64,000 nucleotides of DNA from Histomonas meleagridis 2922-C6/04-290x (taxonomy: Eukaryota; Protista; Parabasalia): assembly GCA_020184695.1 (NCBI GenBank), contig JAANOX010000059.1, forward strand, positions 62,001 through 126,000, written 5' to 3'. The position numbers and the translations under genes were made by a program. Shown here in pieces: positions 41,701-50,049 of this stretch; positions within the stretch are counted from its first letter, which is position 1; the number at the start of each line of letters is the position of its first letter. Under the pieces are notes generated by a model, which had not been told where the DNA came from, ran no database searches, and worked only from the letters and a program-made list of their open reading frames with translations.

Positions 41701-42762
41701 ATTATTTTCAAGTCTTAAAAAATATAAAAAAAGAAATGTAAAAGTTGTTAAGTTAACACTGTATAATTCATCATCATTAGATTTAAATAATGTTTTTAAA
41801 AAAATAAAAATTGAGTTTTTTGATAATAATTGTGTAAGTTCTATAAATTTACCTATGATATGATTAGATTGATTTAAATAAAAACTAATTGATTTAATCT
41901 CATGAAATAAATCATTTGGATTTGTAGAAACAATTGGAAACTCAATGTTTTGGAGTGGATTTCGTTCAATTATTTCATATATTAATTGTGGAAAATTAGG
42001 AAATTCACATTTAGTAAGGCGAATAAATTCAACACAAAGTCCAAGTGTTGGAATAATTAAAGAATCATTAATATTATTTGTAATCATTTCTTTAACACAA
42101 TTATAAATCGCTAATAATGAATCATTTACAGAAACTTCTAATTTCTGTAATGTTGTTGCAATGTTTAAAATATATAATATATGAATATTAGCATTGATTT
42201 GATGTTCAGTATTTGTTTTAGCTTTATGAAAATGAAGTAATATATTGCAAATAGTTAAATGCTCACGAAAAAAATAATCTGGTAAATTCCCAAATGTCAA
42301 TAATAAAGAATGTAACTCTGTAAAAATGGAAGATAAACCTGGATAGCCCGCAGAAATTTTATAAACATTATGAAATAATTTAATTATTATTTCTTGATAA
42401 TTAGAATTTAATAGTTTATACGACAAATTTAAGGCTTTTAAAAAAATAATCCAGGTGTCAATGGATGCTTCTAATATGTTTGCATAAACGAATGGAATAA
42501 AATTTTGAAGTAAAAATATTCCAATTTGTTTTGTATCTTGGGCTCTATCTTCCATTGAGCTAAATTCCCTTTCAATATAGCTAAGAGTAGAAGAATATTT
42601 CCTTAAATCTTCTAATTCGATACCATAACCATTACTTAAAATACTTGTCTCTGGTGAGAATGTTCTATTTGTTACTACGTCCTTTGGAAATGGAAGTTTT
42701 GAAACTTTCTTTTTAAGTATTTTTCTAATTTCTTTATCAAATTCATCGCAATTTCCTTCCAT
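35725..42762 (-). CDS. BEACH-domain protein (ConA-like, PH, BEACH, WD40; neurobeachin/LRBA-like)
   Basis: LTQRWRNHQLSNFDYLIWLNLLSGRSF...YPVFP, LIRLEPFT..HIKLQDGRFD..SRLF, EYIPEFY, LNLWIDLIWGVKQ and terminal WD40 repeats. Confidence 0.92.
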   Translation of the reverse strand: MEGNCDEFDKEIRKILKKKVSKLPFPKDVVTNRTFSPETSILSNGYGIELEDLRKYSSTLSYIEREFSSMEDRAQDTKQIGIFLLQNFIPFVYANILEASIDTWIIFLKALNLSYKLLNSNYQEIIIKLFHNVYKISAGYPGLSSIFTELHSLLLTFGNLPDYFFREHLTICNILLHFHKAKTNTEHQINANIHILYILNIATTLQKLEVSVNDSLLAIYNCVKEMITNNINDSLIIPTLGLCVEFIRLTKCEFPNFPQLIYEIIERNPLQNIEFPIVSTNPNDLFHEIKSISFYLNQSNHIIGKFIELTQLLSKNSIFIFLKTLFKSNDDELYSVNLTTFTFLFLYFLRLENNKFIKLFKDTKITLPDLFLNKEIFDPNINIFESINNKKLSILIPIRFLEFKIIISYSTLFQIQQIFISFFINTNISLVIEMILNMNQSSLTYNSQFIDSFKFCIEEKLRIFPDNFDMFLQILYTLLKNQVELSKKISESEFFIEKLISCLKNNECSSNVLNIFSILLVNYKNDFDLFSNSLIIKSFLQTMNEQNDLYYYWIEIFTNFLKDLSYEFKIDFAHNYLLIMTTKFETNTLEPIKFLKFLKNFMEPNVVENIKIEWDNINKGILSIEFNETIYKYLLKLINNNQSNNIQIKSKYSYEIAKIILSTQYKNDFLQLLKEITSKSRIQCYKCYHYNFHSLILQEMESTTNETIFRLLLNIFTRISMVICDRQTLFTYLRYLNPQNYQQIEVFYPEMLKYMEKIISYKEDNVDTFLLLSSSLDYITFPGISFKDYSNGFALSLWFLISDFFDDFITLLNFENNKTNILINLYNEKIEIKSSNDLFDPITHNFIIKINQWNNLYFEYNSSNYIRILLNNKFEIKVKLKTNVLFEGFDHIYIYKNNFDNNKMADMLFTQISFYSLPVPKTLIKQIYKTPIKKFPLLLGEPKLIFLYTTKLEKNNTFYYVKNQSSQYHGIMFKFVNKFGRVFEASKGIPYIVTLIQFITEDKYKYLKILINFLFKVLSNNTTFLEQMNSFGGFSIISYFLIEKEKLITCEIWKMIYKYKETFHSSNDYNYCLLFHSELWKNSKISTIQIILNDWHKIIIKITDKDELQNIFDKVLYFFHKCILSQKINKKILESFETILIKLFQCINSYKNIVFLIRLIETKNINDEIICSILQILVNNHDMKEEITKFILKTKIIYCSNAKNLSILINNFVSTNEDFYEQFLLFFVQQIDQLSIDVLHELTKYLCQTKNIQYIPIIIVLSYKLDEKDSKFVYKYIKKSFKTKKFKQYPKTTFFTYFLSFAILFKWNKLINYIDEILIEDFNFLNCMLSCFDIILMLKKSNDRTIINNLIINIINKINNDVNLLNNFTSLICSYYFYNYHSSIIEPTKNMIPTIEFDIFQFNYFIQLNFEPIYGAHIYNNEWQDSKSIFHLINLYKTLIQEKDLNILPFFILCSFLYKTNSQEIINIIQEIFEGLTQNKENEKYFSLIAYKTPEQNINSYTVTENVEISYQLYDEFYKTLKIYKIEIPVIKPLITEILKKLKYKSQINDFRKQWQRLYSSLSYNRSPFYQHKKHQYFKRGNQFDFRFRPIIETQNNHFDNHSKESMLRWQRAKDIQSNEPLSTVTYFKDCEKDHKLLLTIMNQQIIWSDDCHRQLIIQNENDIGMFYVTAKGYYYSAENKSVFIKNTKVQYLFWCWNDQIPQSIQIFTTNHKCYLFVFPKQKSHKFVSNLKKISLPNKIFFQENPPNIEIENLKLTQRWRNHQLSNFDYLIWLNLLSGRSFLDTRIYPVFPILLVDFDTKNLDFEDPKIYRDLSKNILYQNLTGLRTLNETIKCSGRNYLFSALYISTFLVALYLIRLEPFTSLHIKLQDGRFDVPSRLFFSIRGNVESTIRICKSIKEYIPEFYFDCEFLENSNNFDLGRDDKDVSISNVNLSNEWETPVEQIYNHICALESNYVRNNLNLWIDLIWGVKQSSAEDMNTFPPQVFPNVWSKIKSHTEESLVVEFLNSVGEIPQQLFTSPHPTSQKIKESEEQRIFFLQNIVAPVVQFKTLNNSFDDLKVYTVLQNNKLFCIRSASSYFEVNFKSKKLVVFPKTPKLISYLSDTSFAYAAENSLFLRVFDANTRSIIVSNNTPHLSTILCICSFENYIISGGEDSCIGLWKYKEKDLRINLINTLMVHHDAVIYCVASVEYGIVVTCSKDNSLVISTLPQLSLLRVIDLGFKQNIHVTDIIICHSMGTIVVIAEGNDKFYIKNYTVNGRPIGEIELDIKIIGAANAWNDKQFDYIGIVDQENRIVIYNAVTLKKKKILWKCESKITSIKFENEFCRFVVSTDDVSLVFVPANID

Positions 42763-43561
42763 TTTTCCCTGAGAATTGAATAGTTTACATGTCGTTTAAC
42801 CAAAAATGCAAAACGCAAAAAAAATTTTAATAGTTTACAAACAGTGTAAAGAATTTAATTTCAATGAATTAAACGCATTTACCTAGCTGAACCAGCCAAA
42901 TTAACGGTTCCCACAATGGATATTCATTATATTTAGTGAAAAATTCTGTAGGTTAATGACATTAATCAAAAATAGAACACAATGACCTATTTTTTATATT
43001 TTAAAGATCAATTCCAAATTTTTTGGCTGGTAGAAAATTACATCATTTCGTACAAACAATGATTTTTAAGGACATTTTTCGTACATACAAATGCTAAAGA
43101 TTTTCGTAGAAAGGTGCATGCTATGTTTTGATTTTTATTTTATAATTTTGTTGCAAATTTCGATTTCATTATATGAGCAAAAAACTGTCTTAATATAATT
43201 GATAAATTTTTTTATTGTTATATTTCTTTTTTCTAGGGGGAAAAAAAGGAAGCTATGTACAAAAAAATAAAAACAAATTTTAGTGTTAATTTTGCTGTTT
43301 AAACCTTCATCTCCAAGAAATCCAGACGTATTTGAATTGGTGTTCAAATTTGATGGATTATGTTATTATCACGCAACATTTCAAACGGAATTTTCTTTTT
43401 ATTATTTTTATATCCATGGATATCCATGTATAAAAAATAATTCAATCTTAAAATGAATATTGTAGTGATTTTTTCTAATTCATTGTCTGTAATTTTAACA
43501 ATGTATAATCAATGTAATTTTTTTGCATAAAAAGATAGTGTTAGTTGGTAAAAGTTATTGT

Positions 43562-43665
43562 TTAGCAACAAGCTGTTGGGCGCTGGTGGTAAGAATCTCC
43601 TTTTGAGAAGGGGACTTGACGTCATTGTCCTGGAACATGAGAAGGTTGTGAACAACATTTGAAAT
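43562..43665 (-). pseudogene. Decayed 3' fragment of a different eL20 (L18a) paralog
   Basis: Reads VVHNLLMFQDNDVK-[deletion]-PSQKEILTT-[frameshift]-RPTACC*, aligning with the C-terminus of the adjacent gene. Confidence 0.7.
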
Positions 43666-43791
43666 GTTTGTAGATGATAATTTTTTGTTATCTATTTTTT
43701 TCCGTTAATTTTTCATCTCAAAACTCATCATATGATATATATATAAATGAAATAACAAAAAACTAGCAATATATATAGTTAACGTGATATT

Positions 43792-44319
43792 TTAGAAACC
43801 GCAAACTGTGGGGCGTTTGCTAGAGAAAATCTTCTTTTGTGATGGATGTGTTGGACGTATTGATTTCTTAAGGATTGGGAACTTGACGCCAGGGTTAAGG
43901 AACATGCGAAGGTTGTGATGAACTACATCTTCATCTTTGATTTCGCTAACACGAATGATGGAAATATTCTTGGCTTGAACATTATGAGTACCAGCCATTT
44001 CTTGATAAAGACGTAAAACAGCACCCTCTGTTGTTGTGTCACGGAATTCCTTGTAAATGTTGTTAATTGAATTTGTAGCACGATAAGTTAACCAAATTCC
44101 ATAGTTTTTAACGCGCTCTGGTTCAGGTTCAATAACATGCTTAACTGCAAGGATTTCACCATGTGATTTCTTAAGACGAGCAATGCGACGAGCAACACCC
44201 CAGAATTTTGATTTTGCAATAACTTCATCAGGAGCAAAAACTTGAACGCGAATAGCAGCTGGGTTTGGAACTGCTTCAGTTGGAAGAGGACGTGCAATGA
44301 CCTCGTAGTTCTTGAGCAT
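43792..44319 (-). CDS. RPL18A: 60S ribosomal protein eL20 (L18a)
   Basis: VFAPDEVIAKSKFW, LKKSHGEIL, VKNYGIWL.Y, NIYKEFRD and YQEMAGTH; M5 CCTTT upstream. Confidence 0.95.
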   Translation of the reverse strand: MLKNYEVIARPLPTEAVPNPAAIRVQVFAPDEVIAKSKFWGVARRIARLKKSHGEILAVKHVIEPEPERVKNYGIWLTYRATNSINNIYKEFRDTTTEGAVLRLYQEMAGTHNVQAKNISIIRVSEIKDEDVVHHNLRMFLNPGVKFPILKKSIRPTHPSQKKIFSSKRPTVCGF

Positions 44320-44404
44320 CTGTAAAAAGGATGGACCAAACCGACATGTTATTTGAAATCAAGACAAAACACGTTTATTTATTTAAAAAAATTAAACGGT
44401 CATT

Positions 44405-45187
44405 TTAAACTGGTTTATTAATCTCATAATGAGCTATATAATTATTAAAGTATCGGAAGAGTTGAGCCCACCATTTCATTTCATCTGAAACACTCCAGTA
44501 CTCAATGAACTTAATACCAGGACACATTGCTTCAATTTCTTTTGGATCATATGTTCCCCATTCAAAATGTGCTGATGTTTGTGATACTGTATCATGCATA
44601 TCACTGTGTGAAGCAATAAATGGAGTCATTAGTTCGACAACAAATGAAGCTCCGGGAAAATTAGTTTTAAGATATGTTAACATCTCAATATTTTGTTCAC
44701 GAGTAAAATACATTGATGTTCCTTCACATAAAATAATTACCTTCCTTCCATTTACCTTAACGTCATTAGACCATGATTCATCAAATATACTTTTGGGTAT
44801 AGCATGATGTCTTTCTGTATCTTCAATAAAGTTTCTTCTGAATTCTATAACTTCGGGTAAATCAAGGTCATACCAATCAAGTTGCCCATTATCTAATCGA
44901 AAGAATCTGGTGTCAAGTCCACAACCAAGATTGACAAAGACACAATTAGGATTTTCGTTAATAAGATTCCCCAAGCATCGATCAATTAGAATTGTCCTAG
45001 ATTGGCAACCAGTCATTGATAAATTCTTGTCGAATTTAGTAAAATCATAATCAATTTGATTCTTGATCTCAAGTGCTTTTGGATCAGAAAATCGAATTTC
45101 GTTTTGTGGTTTTTCTTGTTCAAGTGCCCTCGCAAGAAGAGGTATTAAAAGTGTTTCTGGTACACCAGTTAACTCACACTTTGACAT
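44405..45187 (-). CDS. Class I SAM-dependent methyltransferase, LCM/TcmP-like (prokaryotic type)
   Basis: GVPETLLIPLLARA, VNLGCGLDTRFFRL, WYDLDLPEVI and EGTSMYF. Confidence 0.88.
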   Translation of the reverse strand: MSKCELTGVPETLLIPLLARALEQEKPQNEIRFSDPKALEIKNQIDYDFTKFDKNLSMTGCQSRTILIDRCLGNLINENPNCVFVNLGCGLDTRFFRLDNGQLDWYDLDLPEVIEFRRNFIEDTERHHAIPKSIFDESWSNDVKVNGRKVIILCEGTSMYFTREQNIEMLTYLKTNFPGASFVVELMTPFIASHSDMHDTVSQTSAHFEWGTYDPKEIEAMCPGIKFIEYWSVSDEMKWWAQLFRYFNNYIAHYEINKPV

Positions 45188-45468
45188 CAGCGAAAAATGA
45201 AGTAAAAATTTTTAAAATAGACTATTTTAAAAGGCCTCTGAATATTGTGTAGTTTACTTATTTCACTTTCGATCGCTCCAAACGAAGCTGAAGTTGCAAC
45301 CAAATTACAGTTACGGTTTCCAATCTTTTTATTTTTACCAATTGTATATATTTCTTACCTGTTTCTTATAAAATAAACATATTCGTCAATATATGAAGAA
45401 AAGCTGAAGGTACCACCTTTTAAAAAAGCACATATTGAGAAAATCTTAAATGAACATATATCTTTTCT

Positions 45469-45885
45469 TTAGTTACGCTCACCACGGATTCTTTGGGCAA
45501 GTTGAACATCACGTTCCATGATTGTAACACGATTTGCATGAATAGCGCAAAGGTTTGTATCTTCAAAGAGACCAACAAGATAAGCTTCTGAAGCTTCTTG
45601 AAGAGCTGCAATAGCTGATGATTGGAAACGAAGATCGCCACGGAATCCAGAAGCGATTTCACGAACAAGACGTTGGAATGGAAGCTTACGGATTAAAAGA
45701 TCTGTACTCTTTTGATATTTACGAATTTCTCGAAGAGCAACTGTACCTGGTCTGAAACGATGTTGCTTCTTAGCACCTTGTGAATCAACAACTGGTGTTG
45801 ACTTACGAGCTGCCTTAGCACCAAGTGATTTACGTGGAGTCTTACCACCAGTAGATTTACGAGCTGTTTGTTTTGTACGAGCCAT
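45469..45885 (-). CDS. H3: Histone H3 (parabasalid type)
   Basis: [29 protein letters not shown]...[35 protein letters not shown]. Confidence 0.98.
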   Translation of the reverse strand: MARTKQTARKSTGGKTPRKSLGAKAARKSTPVVDSQGAKKQHRFRPGTVALREIRKYQKSTDLLIRKLPFQRLVREIASGFRGDLRFQSSAIAALQEASEAYLVGLFEDTNLCAIHANRVTIMERDVQLAQRIRGERN

Positions 45886-45891
45886 TAAAAA

Positions 45892-45920
45892 AAATGAGCT
45901 GCTTTTTTTAGGGCGCCAAA
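45892..45920 (-). promoter_or_regulatory. H3 promoter: TTTGGCGC (E2F-like) element and Inr TCATTT
   Basis: Minus strand TTTGGCGC at 45913-45920 and TCATTT at 45892-45897, just before the ATG. Confidence 0.5.
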
Positions 45921-46455
45921 TTTGTTCAAAAAGCGCGGCTTTTATTGGATTTAAATGTCGTTTTAATCCACATAAAATTCAATACATTCTTAAAAATCTA
46001 AACGTATAGACAATCAACTTAAGTTTTCATTCCTTATCGTATCTGATTAAAAATATATTCATTTTGATTTTGCAGATAAATTAGTGTAACATGAATAAAT
46101 ATTTTGGCCGGACGGGAAGCTTGTTTCATTTTATTTGAATATAGCTTTGCTGGTACCAGAAAAAGGAATTGAATTAAAAGTGACATTTGGTACTTAAGTA
46201 CAATTTGATTTAAAGCTATGGTTTTGCCAAAGCACATGCCTAATGATGACACTACCAATAAAAGTTACATGTATAAACAAATGACTTTTTTGACTTTGAC
46301 TTGTTTGGAAGCGCATAAAATAGATATACTGTGTATCTTTATCTAAAACTTCCAGTAATTTCATTAAGAACTCGTTATAATTTAACTGCATTTTATTATT
46401 AGTAATATAATGTATTAAAATCCAAATCCTTAACAATAAAAAATGTTTAATATTA

Positions 46456-47616
46456 TTATGGGTTTGTAAAATGATACATCTCGTAAAGGTCACTTCTCGC
46501 ATGGCAAAATGCTAGTGCTGTATCCACAGATATTTTGAATATTGGTGCAGGTTCATGAAACCTCGATCCCATTACACTTACGAGTGCTCTCTGTGCTGGT
46601 GAGTACACAGCAGATGTTGAGTGTTCTCTTGGTAACATGAAAAGGCCCGAATTATTAACAATTCCGTCACTTATTGATAAAGTATTATTATCAGGACGCA
46701 CATGAAATGCAAACCACCACTGACGTTTAACATCAAGTGCAAATATGTGCATAAATCTTTGGCTCGATTCACCTCCAACGAGGAAAATATACTCATCGCC
46801 AGCAATTAGTGTGGCATGTGGTAAGTTTGCAGAAGGCTCTGTACCAGTACAAGGGAAAGGCTCGAAATGACATGTAGAGGGATCAAATGTACTCATTGGT
46901 GTTCCTGATGATCCAAATATGAAATACTTCCCCTGGAAAAAACAAAAAGCAGGGGCTGCTATCCCGGTCTGTGAGGTTGATGCTTTCTGCCAAACACCTT
47001 CTGTGATGTCAATTCGATATAAGCCATTATGAATTCGGCCATCATAACCAGCCCAAAGAAAGAGATATTTGTCAGAGGTAAATAGAGCTGGATTGATACG
47101 AGCTGGTGGAAGTGTTCCTGTGACTGGAATATCATGAACAGACCCATCATCTAAATTGATACAATGAAGATCAGAAAAGAATTGTCCATTTGCAGCACCG
47201 CCAAAAATAACCATGTTGCGTCCCATTAAACAAGCAGAACAATATTGCCGAGGCTCATGAAGTTGTCTATTAATAAGGCGCCATTTCATGGTTCCCAAAT
47301 TCAAAGCCCAACAATCATTAAGACAAACACTATTTGGATCCGAACCATATGCAATAACTATAGAATCTGTAACTGGATCGTAAACATGACATTGACCTAT
47401 TCGTGGTATTGGAGAAATTCCACTTGATAAATGCATTGACCACTTTCCATAATAAGCAGTGTTCATTAATTGTGTTGGTCTTTCTTTAATTAAATCAGGT
47501 TTAAAACTTGATGTGTAATTTGCTTCGGTACGTTGCGAAGTTACTGGTGTATACTGAAATGAGTCATACGTTTTAGCATATGTCTGTTTGTCTGCTTGAC
47601 TGGTTTCGTTTCCCAT
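46456..47616 (-). CDS. Kelch-repeat protein with putative N-myristoylation signal
   Basis: MGNETS start; PRIGQCH, IFGGAANG, LFLWAGYDG and IFLVGGE kelch-type GG motifs. Confidence 0.85.
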   Translation of the reverse strand: MGNETSQADKQTYAKTYDSFQYTPVTSQRTEANYTSSFKPDLIKERPTQLMNTAYYGKWSMHLSSGISPIPRIGQCHVYDPVTDSIVIAYGSDPNSVCLNDCWALNLGTMKWRLINRQLHEPRQYCSACLMGRNMVIFGGAANGQFFSDLHCINLDDGSVHDIPVTGTLPPARINPALFTSDKYLFLWAGYDGRIHNGLYRIDITEGVWQKASTSQTGIAAPAFCFFQGKYFIFGSSGTPMSTFDPSTCHFEPFPCTGTEPSANLPHATLIAGDEYIFLVGGESSQRFMHIFALDVKRQWWFAFHVRPDNNTLSISDGIVNNSGLFMLPREHSTSAVYSPAQRALVSVMGSRFHEPAPIFKISVDTALAFCHARSDLYEMYHFTNP

Positions 47617-47818
47617 TTTTATTTATAAATTTTGAATGAACGGCTGACATGTTACATGAAATAGTTAAACAAAAAGTCGATTTCAGATGCAAATGACCTG
47701 ATTGAATTTAAATTTGATAACAACTATAGACCATAAATAGAGAAAATTCCATTTTGATTATTTTGCAAGCTCTATGATTTCCTTAATATATATTTATGAA
47801 GAGGATCATTTAAACAAT

Positions 47819-48949
47819 TTAAGATACTTTATTAACAACAACAAAATCTTCAACTTTAAAATCATTAACAGGTTCAACATACTGAATAAGACTTAACATG
47901 AATTTCTCTGCAAAATGTCTCATCTCTTCAACACTCTTCTTGAAGTCATGTAATAAAAAAATACTCCAAAAATGTGGAGATCGACTGAAGAAGTCATTCT
48001 TCACAAGAACTTGTGGCATGAAGAAAAACATATGATCTTCCAAACGTACTGATATGTCGCAAATACGATTTGTTTTGTCTTGGATATCATATGCCTTACA
48101 AATCATTGTAATAAACTTTTTCTCATGTTTTTCAGGAACATCACCAAAAAATCGATGTGTGGCTAAATCAAGAACAATCCATCCGACAATACCATTTTGC
48201 TTATTCACAACAGGTGGAACTTTCTCAATTTGTTCAAGTGAAGAAATGTGTTGACGAAGGGATTGTGGGATGGACGATGAAATTTCATTCAAAAGATTAA
48301 ACGTACTCCCGCAGACGATAGCTAATTTCATTGTTTTAAAGAGAAGAACAACAACAACTCGTTCAATGGTACCAGATTCTCTAATAAAGATCTGGTCAGT
48401 GAACGGTGCTTCACTGTTTCGTGTTAAGAGATCAACTGCATGTAATTCTTGTTTCGTCATCTTCCAAAACCAACTACTGGCAGCAACAATCATGTTCTGA
48501 GAATACAGAGCATAAACTTTCGTGGATTTGAGAAAGCTAAGATCTTGAATAATTGGTTCAGCTGCAAGTGCTGATTTTGGTGCATGTGGATAATAACGTG
48601 GGGCTCCAAATAAATTATGAAGGTGGATTCCACTCATATGAATAGGACGAAGAAAATTATTTTCGAAAGAGTCAACCATTACACATTGTGATCTTTGCAT
48701 ACAATAAATTGCATATGCTGGATATGAGTTACGCCCTATATAAATCATAATTTCATCTGATTTTAGCATTGGAAATATTGAAATTGTTTTGCCAGAAGGG
48801 GAAGTAATTGTGTGTTTTGAATGACAAACATCTAAAAATTTTTGTACAGCTGCCCATAATTGAGCAGCAGATTTATCTAGAGCTTTCCCGTCACTGGAAT
48901 ATGCGGCTTTGCAATTTCCACTGTCTTCAAAATAATAAATTTCATCCAT
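47819..48949 (-). CDS. Hypothetical protein, possibly multi-longin (Mon1/HPS1-like)
   Basis: Open ORF with an M2-type AAAGTGAC motif upstream (48975-48982). The fold guess is weak. Confidence 0.55.
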   Translation of the reverse strand: MDEIYYFEDSGNCKAAYSSDGKALDKSAAQLWAAVQKFLDVCHSKHTITSPSGKTISIFPMLKSDEIMIYIGRNSYPAYAIYCMQRSQCVMVDSFENNFLRPIHMSGIHLHNLFGAPRYYPHAPKSALAAEPIIQDLSFLKSTKVYALYSQNMIVAASSWFWKMTKQELHAVDLLTRNSEAPFTDQIFIRESGTIERVVVVLLFKTMKLAIVCGSTFNLLNEISSSIPQSLRQHISSLEQIEKVPPVVNKQNGIVGWIVLDLATHRFFGDVPEKHEKKFITMICKAYDIQDKTNRICDISVRLEDHMFFFMPQVLVKNDFFSRSPHFWSIFLLHDFKKSVEEMRHFAEKFMLSLIQYVEPVNDFKVEDFVVVNKVS

Positions 48950-49207
48950 TAATTGGATTACGTTTAATATTTTGGTCACTTTTCCTTTAGTATTGCGGTT
49001 ATCGGTTGAAAAACCAGTTTTTTATTTGAAAATAAACGTCCTCAACTTTTTAAAAAGTTTATGCGTTCGACTTTTTATACCATTAATGGAAAAGTGAATT
49101 CAAATGATAATACCAAAGGCAATCATAAAAAAGGTTTAACAAATTGCATAATGTTTTAATTTCTGTCAGAAAGAAATAAAATTGAAGTGTTCTAATGAAA
49201 ACTGTTT

Positions 49208-49963
49208 TTATTCCTGAATAAGTGGTGGTGGAAGTCTTTCCACAATTTCTTGTCTCTGTTCAGCAGTATAAATTTCGAACATTCCCGTTGAGGCTCTGGC
49301 GCATGCGACTTCAATATTATTTTCGCTTAATTTTTCCTGAATAACTTGTCTAAGAGTTGACAATGCAAGGTCTTCTGCCTCTTTGAGCGTAAGACCGTCA
49401 TGGTAAGATTCACGGAGAATAGCTTCTGCACCTTCGCTACCTCCGCCAATTGCTCGAGCGCGACATTTAGTATATGTTCCGCTTGGATCAGTATGATAAA
49501 GATATGGTTTTCCATCTTCTACTCCGGAAACAAGAAGAGCTGTTCCAAATGGACGTGACATTTGCCCCTCGCGTTTCTTTTTCCTTCCTTCTCCGAATGA
49601 AAGTGCTAAATCACAAACAGATTCGGTAACTGCATGAATACCAATTGGTTCACCAAATGAAAATCGATGATTTTGAGCTGCCACACGCATGTGATCAACC
49701 ATTGTTCTACCGTCTGCTGTGAGTCCTGCCATTACAACACCAATATGATCATCAATGGCATAAACTTTTTCTACTGATGATGGGATTAAAAGTGGTGACG
49801 AAAGTCTTTTTTCGACAGCAAATACAACACCTTCTGGGCAGAGAATTGCGATTGCTGATGAACCAAGTTTTACAGCTTCATTTGCATACTCGACTTGAAG
49901 AAGACGACCATCAGGACTGAATGTGTTAACATTACGATCATACTCAGAAGAACTTTGGAACAT
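49208..49963 (-). CDS. PSMA5: 20S proteasome subunit alpha-5
   Basis: EYDRNVNTFSPDGRLLQVEYA, MAGLTADGRTMV, MSRPFGTALLVSG and YHTDPSG; first ATG at 49963. Confidence 0.95.
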   Translation of the reverse strand: MFQSSSEYDRNVNTFSPDGRLLQVEYANEAVKLGSSAIAILCPEGVVFAVEKRLSSPLLIPSSVEKVYAIDDHIGVVMAGLTADGRTMVDHMRVAAQNHRFSFGEPIGIHAVTESVCDLALSFGEGRKKKREGQMSRPFGTALLVSGVEDGKPYLYHTDPSGTYTKCRARAIGGGSEGAEAILRESYHDGLTLKEAEDLALSTLRQVIQEKLSENNIEVACARASTGMFEIYTAEQRQEIVERLPPPLIQE

Positions 49964-50049
49964 TTTTTCAAGAATAAAAAGCAGACAATTTTTCAAGTAA
50001 GTCTGTTTGAACAACCAAATTAAAACGACCGTTTATTTGCAAATTTTTT

